The notes beneath the pieces are model-generated. The model made no database searches. It worked only from the letters and a program-made list of their open reading frames with translations, and had not been told where the DNA came from. Of a stretch of 64,000 nucleotides of DNA, positions 46,843-56,091 are shown piece by piece. The first letter of the stretch is position 1. The number at the start of each line of letters is the position of its first letter. The DNA comes from Candidatus Iainarchaeum sp. Lineage in GTDB: Archaea; Iainarchaeota; Iainarchaeia; Iainarchaeales; JAFCCW01. The stretch lies in assembly GCA_017609985.1 (NCBI GenBank), contig JAFCCW010000001.1, forward strand, positions 64,001 through 128,000, read 5' to 3'. The position numbers were made by a program, and so were the translations under genes.

Positions 46843-47484
46843 ATGAAAAAAAACACTGAAAACAAAGACATTAAGTTTATTCTCGAAGCAATGGCTAAAA
46901 GCATTGATTCGCCTCCAACAGTATTGTTCCCAAACAGTTTTCAGGTTCTGATTTCCACTATTCTAAGTGCAAGAACAAAGGATGTTTCAACTGCTCGAGC
47001 TTCAAAAAAATTGTTTGCTTGCTTTCCTGATGCAGAATCTCTTTCGAAAGCAAAGTTGTCTAAAGTAAAGCAATTAGTGAAGGGCTGTGGATTCTACAAT
47101 GAAAAAGCAAAAAACATAATCAACTCAGCAAAAATAATTATTAAAGAATATAATGGGCAAGTGCCAAGCAAAACAACTGAATTAGTGAAGCTGCCCGGGG
47201 TGGGAAAAAAGACTGCCGCCTGTGTAAGATGCTATGCTTTTGGACTGGACGACATTTGTGTGGACACGCACGTGCACAGAATTTCAAATCGCCTGGGGCT
47301 TGTAAATACAAAAGAACCTGAGCAAACCCAGAAAGAGCTAAAAAAAACAATCCCAAAAAAATACTGGAAGCAGATAAACCACGCGATGGTTAAATTTGGT
47401 CAGAAAGTCTGCTTGCCGCGCAAACCCAGATGTGGCCAATGTCCTGTGGCGAAAGAATGTGATTATTTTGGAAAATTAGGTTAA
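46843..47484 (+). CDS. nth: Endonuclease III
   Basis: LSART, LPGVGKKTA, VDTHV, C-x6-C-x2-C-x5-C cluster. Confidence 0.95.
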   Translation: MKKNTENKDIKFILEAMAKSIDSPPTVLFPNSFQVLISTILSARTKDVSTARASKKLFACFPDAESLSKAKLSKVKQLVKGCGFYNEKAKNIINSAKIIIKEYNGQVPSKTTELVKLPGVGKKTAACVRCYAFGLDDICVDTHVHRISNRLGLVNTKEPEQTQKELKKTIPKKYWKQINHAMVKFGQKVCLPRKPRCGQCPVAKECDYFGKLG

Positions 47485-47544
47485 TTGGGTTACTTGGATT
47501 AATCCAATAAGCAGGTTTAAATTTTTTGCAGACACAATAGTTAT

Positions 47545-47808
47545 ATGAGTTTGATTTATGAAATTGGAAAAGGAATAACTGATTCAATTCCCGCGCTTGC
47601 TGCAAAAATTGGCACAATTCTAGTCTTATTTTTTTTCTTTGGAATGTTGCTTGGCTACTGGGCGGGAGGCCTTGGGTTGAGTCCAATAATCTTTCTTGGA
47701 TTGCTCGCGGTAATGGCTATACTGTGGGACAATCTTGACGTTGGCACAATTCTCTTTTTTGGGTTTATTGCAGTGCTAGTGTTTTTTCCTAGTTTTTTTA
47801 ATTTCTAG
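47545..47808 (+). CDS. Small membrane protein
   Basis: 87 aa with about 3 hydrophobic segments. Confidence 0.65.
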   Translation: MSLIYEIGKGITDSIPALAAKIGTILVLFFFFGMLLGYWAGGLGLSPIIFLGLLAVMAILWDNLDVGTILFFGFIAVLVFFPSFFNF

Positions 47809-48351
47809 GTGAACAGGATGAAATTGTTTGAAGCTATCAAGAAAAGGAAAAGCATTAGGAAATTTGAAGCAATGAAAATCCCAAGAAAAGATTTGGAAAA
47901 AATAGTTGGAGCAGCAAGCCTTGCTCCGAGTGCAATGAATCAACAACCCTGGCGATTTGTAGTAATTGAAGATGTTTCTAAAAAAAAGCAAATTAGGCAA
48001 AGTTATGAAAATTGCAGAAAAGCGCTTGGGGCATACAAGCAGGACACGGAATTTGTTGAAAACGGAGTGTTGTTTGCGGTTTTTATGGAAAAAGAAAAAC
48101 TCAAACCAGAGTTCTCAACTGCCTTGGCTGTGGAGAATTTGCTGTTGGCAGCAACAGCTCTTGGATATGGGAGCATTGTAATGACTGCTCCGGTTTCCCA
48201 CAAACCAAGCAATGAACTTATTTGCGAGTTATGCAATAAGCCGGCGGGTCTGGAACTGGTTGCATTAGTTGTTGTTGGCAAGGCAGGGGAAGCGCCGGAG
48301 AGAAAGGAAAGGAGCGGGTTGAAAAAAACTCTTTTTTGGGAAGAATTCTAA
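47809..48351 (+). CDS. Nitroreductase family protein
   Basis: RKSIRKF, APSAMNQQPW, ENLLLAATALG. Confidence 0.92.
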   Translation: MNRMKLFEAIKKRKSIRKFEAMKIPRKDLEKIVGAASLAPSAMNQQPWRFVVIEDVSKKKQIRQSYENCRKALGAYKQDTEFVENGVLFAVFMEKEKLKPEFSTALAVENLLLAATALGYGSIVMTAPVSHKPSNELICELCNKPAGLELVALVVVGKAGEAPERKERSGLKKTLFWEEF

Positions 48352-48405
48352 GCAGTTTTTTTTCAAACAGCAAGCTTTTAATGCAATTGCAGGCAAGAAT
48401 CTTGC

Positions 48406-49614
48406 ATGGCAGAACATCCCACACTAAAGATTAAAGGAAGCAAGAGCCAGTCTCTAACAGGCAAGCGCATTGTTTTAGGAGTCACTGGAAGCATTGCAGC
48501 AGTCAAATGCGTTGAGCTAGCCCGTGAACTGATAAGGCACGGGGCAGAAGTCTTGCCGGTCCTGAGCAAAGAAGCAAGAAGGATAATTCACCCGAACTCA
48601 ATGCACTATGCTTGTGGCAGAGAGCCAATAACAAAATTGAGCGGAGCAATAGAGCACGTACGAGAATGCGGGGTGGGCGGAATGGCAGATTTGCTATTGA
48701 TTGCTCCAGCCACGGCAAACACGGTTGGAAAGATTGTTCAAGGAATAGATGACACGCCAGTAACCACATTTGCAACAACCGCTCTTGGAAGAAAAATGAA
48801 GCTTGTTCTTGTTCCCGCAATGCATAGCTCAATGTATGAAAGCCCTGCAGTGCAAAGAAATTTAGAACAGGCAGGGAAAGACACAATAATTATTGTGAAT
48901 CCCAAAAAAGAAGAAAACAAGGCAAAGTTTCCGGAAATCGAAGACATTGTAATAGAATGCGAGCGAGCGCTTGGAAACGGAAAATTCGCTGGAAAAAAAA
49001 TTGTTGTTTCCTCGGGAGCAACACTGGAAGAAATTGACGATGTGCGAGTTTTGACAAACAAATCGTCTGGAAAAACAGGGCAGGAAATAGCAAAAGAATT
49101 CTATCGTAGAGGCGCGGAAGTAACAATAGTTCACAACAGCGGAGCACTGGTTTCAGGAATTGGGGCTCGAAAGGTTGAGACTGCGGAGCAAATGGAAAAC
49201 GCATTGTTGGAAGAATGCAAAAAAGCAGATATCTTTGTTTCTGTTGCGGCAATGGGTGATTTTGGAGTAAAGAAGGAAAAAGGAAAAATAAAGAGCGAAG
49301 AAGAGAAAACTCTGACTCTCAAACCAAGAAGCAAAACAATTGCAAAGATTAGGGAGAAGTTTCCTGAATTGTTTGTGGTTGGGTTTAAGGCAGAGTCTGT
49401 TGGGGGAAAAGAGCTTGAAAGCCGCGCACACAAATTCTTGGACAAAAACAATCTTCAGGCAGTCTGCGCAAACAACATCTCCAAACACAAAATAGGGGGG
49501 CAAGAGAACGAGGTCTTGCTGATTTCAAAAAACAAGCTTGCGAAGGCAAAGGGTTTAAAAGAAAAAATCTCACGTAATATAGTTGATTTTATAGAAGATG
49601 TTTATTTTGGCTAA
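48406..49614 (+). CDS. coaBC: Bifunctional PPC decarboxylase/PPC synthetase
   Basis: GVTGSIAA, PATANT, PAMH, IDDVRVLTNKSSG, VGFKAE. Confidence 0.95.
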   Translation: MAEHPTLKIKGSKSQSLTGKRIVLGVTGSIAAVKCVELARELIRHGAEVLPVLSKEARRIIHPNSMHYACGREPITKLSGAIEHVRECGVGGMADLLLIAPATANTVGKIVQGIDDTPVTTFATTALGRKMKLVLVPAMHSSMYESPAVQRNLEQAGKDTIIIVNPKKEENKAKFPEIEDIVIECERALGNGKFAGKKIVVSSGATLEEIDDVRVLTNKSSGKTGQEIAKEFYRRGAEVTIVHNSGALVSGIGARKVETAEQMENALLEECKKADIFVSVAAMGDFGVKKEKGKIKSEEEKTLTLKPRSKTIAKIREKFPELFVVGFKAESVGGKELESRAHKFLDKNNLQAVCANNISKHKIGGQENEVLLISKNKLAKAKGLKEKISRNIVDFIEDVYFG

Positions 49615-49828
49615 AAGGCACAATGCAGTGAAAAACCAAAAAGTTGGCGCACGCAAGCGGCACGGGTTGTCTAATGTGCCTGAAGATATTCGCAGATTTT
49701 ATATGCAACACGTTGGCCCGGAGTCTGGGCGAGTAACGCGCTGGCTTCAGCTTACAATTAAGGAAGGGAAAACCCCTGCGCAGGTGATGGAAATAATGCA
49801 AAAAGAAATACACAAAGGAAAATACTGA
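49598..49828 (+). CDS. Small hypothetical protein with basic N-terminus
   Basis: 76-aa ORF tightly packed between coaBC and the oxidoreductase. Confidence 0.55.
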   Translation: MFILAKRHNAVKNQKVGARKRHGLSNVPEDIRRFYMQHVGPESGRVTRWLQLTIKEGKTPAQVMEIMQKEIHKGKY

Positions 49829-49838
49829 ACTGATTTTT

Positions 49839-50717
49839 ATGAATAAAAAAATTGCAGTAGTCGGCGCAGGTCCAGCTGGTCTTCACATGGCTTTCCTGCT
49901 TTCAAACAATGGCTATTTAGCGGAGGTTTTCGAACGAGAGGAGAAACCAGGCGGAATGCTTCAGTATGCTTTGCCAAGATTTAGGTTTCCGCGCGAGCCG
50001 ATTGAAAAAAAAGCAGCTGATTTGGAAAAACAGGGAGTAAAATTTCATTACTCGACTTCTGTTGGAAAAGATATTTCCCTTGAACAGCTTGACCGCCAGT
50101 TTGATGCAGTAATCCTTGCCTGTGGAGAATGGAAACCTCGCTTGCTGGGTTGCCCGGGGGAAAATTTGCCTGGCGCGGAGCAATGGCTTCCGTTTCTCAG
50201 AAAATTCAATTCCGGCAAGGCAGAAAGCCTTGAAGGAAAGAAAACAGTTGTAATTGGTGGGGGAGACACTGCAATGGACTGTGCAATTGCTGCCTCCAAA
50301 CTAGGTGCTGAAACAATCCTTGCCTACAGGCGAAGCAGGGAAGAAGCTCCGGCGCAAGAAAAAGAGATTCAAGCAGTGGAAAAAGCAGGTGTTGATTTCA
50401 AGTTCAGACTTGCCCCAAAAGAATTTATAGGAAAAAAAGGCGCTGAAAAAATAATTTTTGAAAAAACAACTGGCCTTGGGCGGGATTTGGTTGGAACAAG
50501 AGAGCTAGTTGAAGTGCCTGCTGATTTTGTTGTTGTTGCTGTGGGGCAAAAAATTGACGAAACAATTTTTGAAAATTCCAAATGGGATTCTTTGAGTGTG
50601 CTTCCGGAAAAATTCATCCTTGTGGGGGATATCGTCAATAAAAAGAAAAATATTGCTTCTGCGATTCAGTCTGCAAACCTTGCCTTTGAAAAAACAAAAC
50701 AAATTATAGACAATTGA
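49839..50717 (+). CDS. GltD/NfnB-like FAD/NADPH oxidoreductase lacking the N-terminal Fe-S domain
   Basis: GAGPAG at residue 9, GGMLQY..P.FR, GGGDTAMD, YRR. Confidence 0.85.
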   Translation: MNKKIAVVGAGPAGLHMAFLLSNNGYLAEVFEREEKPGGMLQYALPRFRFPREPIEKKAADLEKQGVKFHYSTSVGKDISLEQLDRQFDAVILACGEWKPRLLGCPGENLPGAEQWLPFLRKFNSGKAESLEGKKTVVIGGGDTAMDCAIAASKLGAETILAYRRSREEAPAQEKEIQAVEKAGVDFKFRLAPKEFIGKKGAEKIIFEKTTGLGRDLVGTRELVEVPADFVVVAVGQKIDETIFENSKWDSLSVLPEKFILVGDIVNKKKNIASAIQSANLAFEKTKQIIDN

Positions 50718-50776
50718 CGTATTTTGCAATGACAAACAGCGAAAGCTTTTTATATTCTTGATATCTTAATTGTAGC

Positions 50777-51964
50777 GTGTTTCAAATGACTAATGCCTTT
50801 GAAAAATTTTACAAAAAAAGCATTTCTGGAAGGCGAGCAGTGATTAAAAAATCAGCAAATCTTTCCCCTTCCGAACTAAAGCTTTTTGAAAATGCGCTTG
50901 GTTCACAGAACGCAGACCAGATAATCGAAAACGTTGTCGGCACATATGAGCTTCCTCTTGGCATAGCAACAAACTTTGTTGTCAACGGAAGACAGGTTGT
51001 TGTTCCAATGGCTGTTGAAGAACCAAGTGTTGTGGCTGCTGCTTCAAATGCAGCAAAACTCTGCAAGGCAACAGGCGGTTTTAAAACAAAAGCAAGCAAG
51101 CCGGAAATGATTGGGCAGATACAGCTTGTCAAAGTTAAAAATCCTGCTTCTGCTTTAAAAAAAATCATCAAGGAAAAAAAGAATCTTGTCAAAATTGCCA
51201 ATTCTCGCGACCCATTGCTGGTTAAATATGGGGGCGGAGCAAGAGATATTGAAGCAAAAACAATTTTTGCGGGCAGAAAAAAAATGGTTATTATTTATCT
51301 AACAGTTGACGTGCGGGATGCAATGGGTGCAAACGCAGTTAACACAATGTGCGAAGCAATTGCGCCGGAGCTGGAAAGAATGTCTGGGGGGATAGCGCGC
51401 CTTAGAATAATTTCCAATTTAGCAGTTAAGCGAACAGCAAAAGCAAAAGCTGTCTGGAAGAAAAAAGATTTAGAGAAAAGTGCTAAAGGCACTGGAATGA
51501 CTGGGCAAGAAATTGTTGACGCAATAATTGAATCTTACGAACTCGCAGAAAATGATATTTACAGATGCGCAACCCACAACAAAGGAATAATGAACGGAGT
51601 TGATGCTATTGCAGTTGCATGTGGACAGGACTGGAGAGCAATCGAAGCCGGAGCCCATGCTTTTGCTGCAAAAACAGGGCAATACAAATCCCTTACAAAA
51701 TACTCCAAAGACAAGCAGGGAAATCTTGTTGGAGAAATAGAAATTCCAGTTGCAGTCGGAATTGTTGGGGGCGCAATAAAAGCACAGCCTCTTGCCCAAC
51801 TCTGTGTTAAGCTTACTGGGGTAAAGACTGCTCAAGAGCTTGGGGAAATAATTGCTGCAGTTGGCCTAGCACAAAATTTTGCTGCACTGCGCGCACTTTC
51901 AACAGAGGGAATTCAACGAGGGCACATGAGACTGCATGCAAGAATGCAGGGTGAGAAAAAATGA
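50777..51964 (+). CDS. mvaA: HMG-CoA reductase, class II
   Basis: ENVVG, EEPSVVAA, DAMGAN, THNKGIMNG, GIQRGHMRLH. Confidence 0.94.
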   Translation: MFQMTNAFEKFYKKSISGRRAVIKKSANLSPSELKLFENALGSQNADQIIENVVGTYELPLGIATNFVVNGRQVVVPMAVEEPSVVAAASNAAKLCKATGGFKTKASKPEMIGQIQLVKVKNPASALKKIIKEKKNLVKIANSRDPLLVKYGGGARDIEAKTIFAGRKKMVIIYLTVDVRDAMGANAVNTMCEAIAPELERMSGGIARLRIISNLAVKRTAKAKAVWKKKDLEKSAKGTGMTGQEIVDAIIESYELAENDIYRCATHNKGIMNGVDAIAVACGQDWRAIEAGAHAFAAKTGQYKSLTKYSKDKQGNLVGEIEIPVAVGIVGGAIKAQPLAQLCVKLTGVKTAQELGEIIAAVGLAQNFAALRALSTEGIQRGHMRLHARMQGEKK

Positions 51965-53007
51965 AAGCAGGAATAGTTGGCTATGGCGCAGAAGTGCCTA
52001 TTCTAAGAATTAAAACAGAGGAAATTGCAAGAGCCTGGAAAAAAGACGGCGTGAAAATCGCAACAGGTCTTGGAGTAAAAGAAAAAGCTGTCGCAAGCTT
52101 TGATGAAGACTCCTGCACTCTCGCAGTCGGAGCAGCAAGAAAAGCAGTTCTTGACTTTGGATTGAATGCACAAAAAATTGGAGCAGTTTACGTTGGCAGT
52201 GAATCACACCCCTATGCTGTGAAACCAACAGCATCAATTGTCTCTGACGCAATTGAAGCTGGTCCAGAACTAATGGCTGCTGATTTGGAATTTGCCTGCA
52301 AGGCTGGCACAGCAGGAGTTCAAATGAATCTTGGGTTTGTAGAAGCAAGAATGATTGAATATGGTTTAGCAATCGGAACAGACACAGCACAGGGAAGACC
52401 AAATGATGCTCTTGAATTCACTGCCGGAAGCGGAGCTGGAGCAATAATTGTTGGAGACAAACGAAACGAAATAATCGCAACCTGCGAAGATACTTATTCA
52501 TTCACAACAGACACTCCTGACTTTTGGAGAAGACCAAAAGAAGACTTTCCAATGCACGCGGGAAGATTTACTGGAGAACCAGCTTACTTCAAGCACGTGC
52601 TGAGTGCTTCAAGAGGAATTCTGGAAAAAACAAGTTACAAAACAAAAGACTTTGACCACGTAGTCTTTCATCAGCCAAATGCAAAATTTCCTCTGAAAGC
52701 AGGCAAGATACTTGGATTTGAACGAGAAAAATTTGAAGCAGGACTAATGTGCCCAACAATAGGAAATACTTATTCAGGCGCAACAATGGTTGGGTTGTGT
52801 GCAGTTCTTGACGTTGCAAAGCCAGGAGAGAGAATACTTGCAGTGTCTTACGGCAGCGGAGCAGGAAGCGATGCATTCATTTTTAAGACAACAAAAAACA
52901 TTGAAAAGAAAAGAGGAAAAATAGCAGTAAAGGAAATGATTAAAGAAAAGCAATACATTGATTATGCAGAATACATAAAACACAGGAAAAAGCTGAAGAG
53001 TTTGTAG
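51961..53007 (+). CDS. HMG-CoA synthase (archaeal type)
   Basis: GSESHPYAVKP, EFACKAGT, RFTGEPAYF, HQPN. Confidence 0.95.
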   Translation: MKAGIVGYGAEVPILRIKTEEIARAWKKDGVKIATGLGVKEKAVASFDEDSCTLAVGAARKAVLDFGLNAQKIGAVYVGSESHPYAVKPTASIVSDAIEAGPELMAADLEFACKAGTAGVQMNLGFVEARMIEYGLAIGTDTAQGRPNDALEFTAGSGAGAIIVGDKRNEIIATCEDTYSFTTDTPDFWRRPKEDFPMHAGRFTGEPAYFKHVLSASRGILEKTSYKTKDFDHVVFHQPNAKFPLKAGKILGFEREKFEAGLMCPTIGNTYSGATMVGLCAVLDVAKPGERILAVSYGSGAGSDAFIFKTTKNIEKKRGKIAVKEMIKEKQYIDYAEYIKHRKKLKSL

Positions 53008-53015
53008 GTGAAAAA

Positions 53016-54182
53016 ATGAGAAGTGTTAGCATTATCGGAGCCGGGCTGACAACATTCGGCGAGCACTGGGAAAAGAGCTTCAGGGAACTCATAGCAGAAG
53101 CAGGGATACAGGCAATCCAGGATGCTGGGGTTTCAGGCGGTCAGATAGAGGCAATTTATGGCGGGGCAATGGCTTCCGGAAGGTTTATTGGTCAGGAGCA
53201 CATCGGGGCACTGATAGCAGACCAGCTTGGGCTAAATCCGATTCCCTCAGTTCGTCTTGAAGCAGCCTGTGCTTCTGGAGGCGTGGCTTTGAGAAATGCT
53301 TATCTGGCAGTTGCAAGCGGAATGTACGACATTGTTGCAGTCGGCGGAGTAGAAAAAATGACAGAGGTTTCCACTGAAGACGCTGGATTTGCTCTTGGCG
53401 GAGCCGGCGACCAGGAAACAGAGTTGTTCATGGGAGCAACCTTTCCAGCATTATACGCTTTGCTGGCACGCGCACACATGGAAGAATTTGGAACAACAGA
53501 AGAACAAATGGCGGCAGTAGCTGTAAAAAATCACAAGAACGCAGTGAACAATCCATTTGCCCAGTACAGGCGAGAAATAACAATCGAAGACGTAATGAAA
53601 TCAGGATATGTTGCTTCTCCACTCAAACTTCTAGACTGCTCTCCAATAACTGACGGAGCAGCAGCAGTAATTATTGCCTCGAGCGATGTAGCAAAAAAAG
53701 TCTGTGAGAACCCGGTGGAAATACTGGCTTCAGAGCAAGCATCAGATTCACTTGCTCTATCAAAAAGAAAATCTTTAACCGAGCTTGACGCAACCAAAGT
53801 AGCAGTAAAACAAGCCTATGAAAGAACAGGGCTGAAAGCAAAAGACATTGACTTTGCAGAAGTTCACGATTGCTTTACAATTAACGAAATTCTTGCAACC
53901 GAAGACCTTGGTTTTTTCAAGAAGGGGGAAGGAGGCAAGGCAGTAGAAAAAGGAAAAACTGCTTTAGGTGGAGAAATTCCAGTAAACACTTCTGGGGGTC
54001 TGAAAGCAAAAGGCCACCCAGTCGGAGCAACCGGGGTTGCCCAGGCAATTGAAGCCTACTGGCAGCTTCGCGGAGCAGCAGACAAGAGGCAGGTAAAAGA
54101 TGCAGAATACGGATTAACCCACAATGTTGGCGGAAGCGGAGCCACAGCAGTAGTAAACATTTACAGGAGGCTGGAAAAATGA
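53016..54182 (+). CDS. Acetoacetyl-CoA thiolase (archaeal)
   Basis: EAACASGG, EVHDCF, KGHPVGATG, HNVGG. Confidence 0.94.
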   Translation: MRSVSIIGAGLTTFGEHWEKSFRELIAEAGIQAIQDAGVSGGQIEAIYGGAMASGRFIGQEHIGALIADQLGLNPIPSVRLEAACASGGVALRNAYLAVASGMYDIVAVGGVEKMTEVSTEDAGFALGGAGDQETELFMGATFPALYALLARAHMEEFGTTEEQMAAVAVKNHKNAVNNPFAQYRREITIEDVMKSGYVASPLKLLDCSPITDGAAAVIIASSDVAKKVCENPVEILASEQASDSLALSKRKSLTELDATKVAVKQAYERTGLKAKDIDFAEVHDCFTINEILATEDLGFFKKGEGGKAVEKGKTALGGEIPVNTSGGLKAKGHPVGATGVAQAIEAYWQLRGAADKRQVKDAEYGLTHNVGGSGATAVVNIYRRLEK

Positions 54183-54583
54183 CTACTGGTTTTCCTCCAT
54201 TGCTCTGGAGAAGGTTTCCGGAAAGATACACTCTTGCAGGAAACAAGTGCGAAACCTGCGGAACATCATACTTTCCAGCACGCAAAGTCTGTCCAAACTG
54301 CAGGAGACGAGGAAAACTTGTTGACGAGTCAATGCCGCGCAAGGGAAAAATAGTTTCATGGACACAATGCTTTGTTGGGCCAACAGGATTTGAACACGAA
54401 ACACCATACTTTGTTGCAATCATTGAACTCGAAAACAAGGTAAGACTTCTAGCCCAGCTTGTTGACAGCGATGAAAAGAAAGTTAAAACAGGAGCCTGCG
54501 TGGAAAAAGTCTTCAGAAAAATAAACGACGCAGACAAATCCGGGCCAATAGCCTACGGCTACAAGTTTAAAATAGTTGGATGA
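54179..54583 (+). CDS. DUF35 Zn-ribbon/OB scaffold of the thiolase-HMGS complex
   Basis: CETC...CPNC, OB fold, YGYKF. Confidence 0.93.
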   Translation: MTTGFPPLLWRRFPERYTLAGNKCETCGTSYFPARKVCPNCRRRGKLVDESMPRKGKIVSWTQCFVGPTGFEHETPYFVAIIELENKVRLLAQLVDSDEKKVKTGACVEKVFRKINDADKSGPIAYGYKFKIVG

Positions 54584-54606
54584 ACCCAATCTATTAAGGT
54601 GGTTTA

Positions 54607-55539
54607 ATGGGAGAAGGCATTGGATTTGGCAAGACAATTCTTTTCGGAGACCATTTTGTAGTGTATGGATTGCCGGGCATAGCAGCGGGTTTGAATAATT
54701 CAACCACTGCAAAGATTGAACCATCTGACAAATTCGAGTTTGAGGACAACCGTCCTCAGACACCAGGCTACAAGGAAAAGAAGAAATCCGAGATTCAGAG
54801 ACAGCTGGATTCGCTTATTGAACAGTTTGACTTAAACATTGAAAAAACTCCTTTGAAGATAACTCTCTCCGGAAACCTTGTCTGTGCCTCAGGAATGGGA
54901 GCAAGCGCTGCTCTTGCGGCAAGCATTGCGCGTGCCCTCAGCAAAGAGTTTGGAAAAGAGCTGGATGATGAGCAGATAAACAAGATAGCTTATCTTGCAG
55001 AAGAAGCTGGGAGCGGAACTCCGTCCGGTATTGACAACACTTGTGCAGTGTATGGGGGATTTATTACTTTTGAGAAAAATCTTGAAGGTGGAGAAAACAA
55101 AATAGAGACTTTGCAGGTTGAAAATCCTGTTGAAATAGTTCTGGCAAATTCAGGCATAACACAGGAAACAAAAAAAGTAGTTGACGATGTCAGAAAAGAA
55201 AAAGAAATCCGTTCAAAAGAGTTTGAAGAAATATTTGAAAAATATATGGAAACTTACAAACAAGCATTGCCTGCAATCAGGGAAGGGAACTGGTCTGCGT
55301 TAGGAAAGCTGATGTCCAGAAACCACTCTTTCTTGCAAAAAATGACTGTTTCCTGCAAAGAACTTGACGAAATGCAGGCAACAGCTCTTGAAGCAGGTGC
55401 TTTTGGCGCAAAACTCACTGGAACCGGAAGAGGGGGGCTGCTTCTTGCACTAACCCCTGGCAAGGAATTGCAGGAAAAAGTTGCAAAAGCTCTTGAAGAC
55501 CAAGGCTTCTCTTGCCTGCGCTCAAAGATAGGTGTGTAA
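54607..55539 (+). CDS. mvk: Mevalonate kinase
   Basis: GKTILFGDHFVVYG, GMGASAA, PSGID, KLTGTGRGG. Confidence 0.93.
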   Translation: MGEGIGFGKTILFGDHFVVYGLPGIAAGLNNSTTAKIEPSDKFEFEDNRPQTPGYKEKKKSEIQRQLDSLIEQFDLNIEKTPLKITLSGNLVCASGMGASAALAASIARALSKEFGKELDDEQINKIAYLAEEAGSGTPSGIDNTCAVYGGFITFEKNLEGGENKIETLQVENPVEIVLANSGITQETKKVVDDVRKEKEIRSKEFEEIFEKYMETYKQALPAIREGNWSALGKLMSRNHSFLQKMTVSCKELDEMQATALEAGAFGAKLTGTGRGGLLLALTPGKELQEKVAKALEDQGFSCLRSKIGV

Positions 55540-56091
55540 ATGAAGCTCGTAGTTGCAATAACCGGCGCAAGCGGAGTAAGCTATTCTGTTTCCCTGCTCA
55601 AAGCATTGAAAAAAGCAGGAGTGGAGACACACTTGATTGTCTCCGAGTGGGCTGAAAAGCTGTTTGAAGAAGAAACAGATATTTCAGTTGCGGAAGTGAA
55701 AGCTCTTGCTTCGAAAACATATGGCTATAGGGAAATGGATGCAGCGATTTCCTCATCCAGCTTTTTAGTGGACGGAATGATTGTGATTCCAGCAAGCGTG
55801 AAAACTGTTTCAGACATTGCAAATGCAAGCACTGGCAATCTGATTTCACGCTCAGCAGACAACATGCTGAAAACAGGAAAAAAGCTCGTGGTTTGCGTGA
55901 GAGAAACTCCGCTGAGCGCTCCGTGCCTCAAGAATATGCACAATCTTGCGCTCTATGGGGCGATTGTAATGCCTTTGTCTCCCGGCTTCTATCACAAGCC
56001 AAAAACTATTAAGGATTTAGAAGCTTTTATTACTGGGAAAGTGCTGGATGCATTTGAAATAAAGAATGAAAACTTCAAGAGGTGGGGTTAA
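55540..56091 (+). CDS. ubiX: Flavin prenyltransferase
   Basis: ITGASG, RETPL, PGFYHKP. Confidence 0.94.
   Translation: MKLVVAITGASGVSYSVSLLKALKKAGVETHLIVSEWAEKLFEEETDISVAEVKALASKTYGYREMDAAISSSSFLVDGMIVIPASVKTVSDIANASTGNLISRSADNMLKTGKKLVVCVRETPLSAPCLKNMHNLALYGAIVMPLSPGFYHKPKTIKDLEAFITGKVLDAFEIKNENFKRWG

Noticed and set aside
46518-46904. 128-aa minus-strand ORF
   Set aside because: Conflicts with a motif-bearing Zn-finger ORF and the nth start on the plus strand
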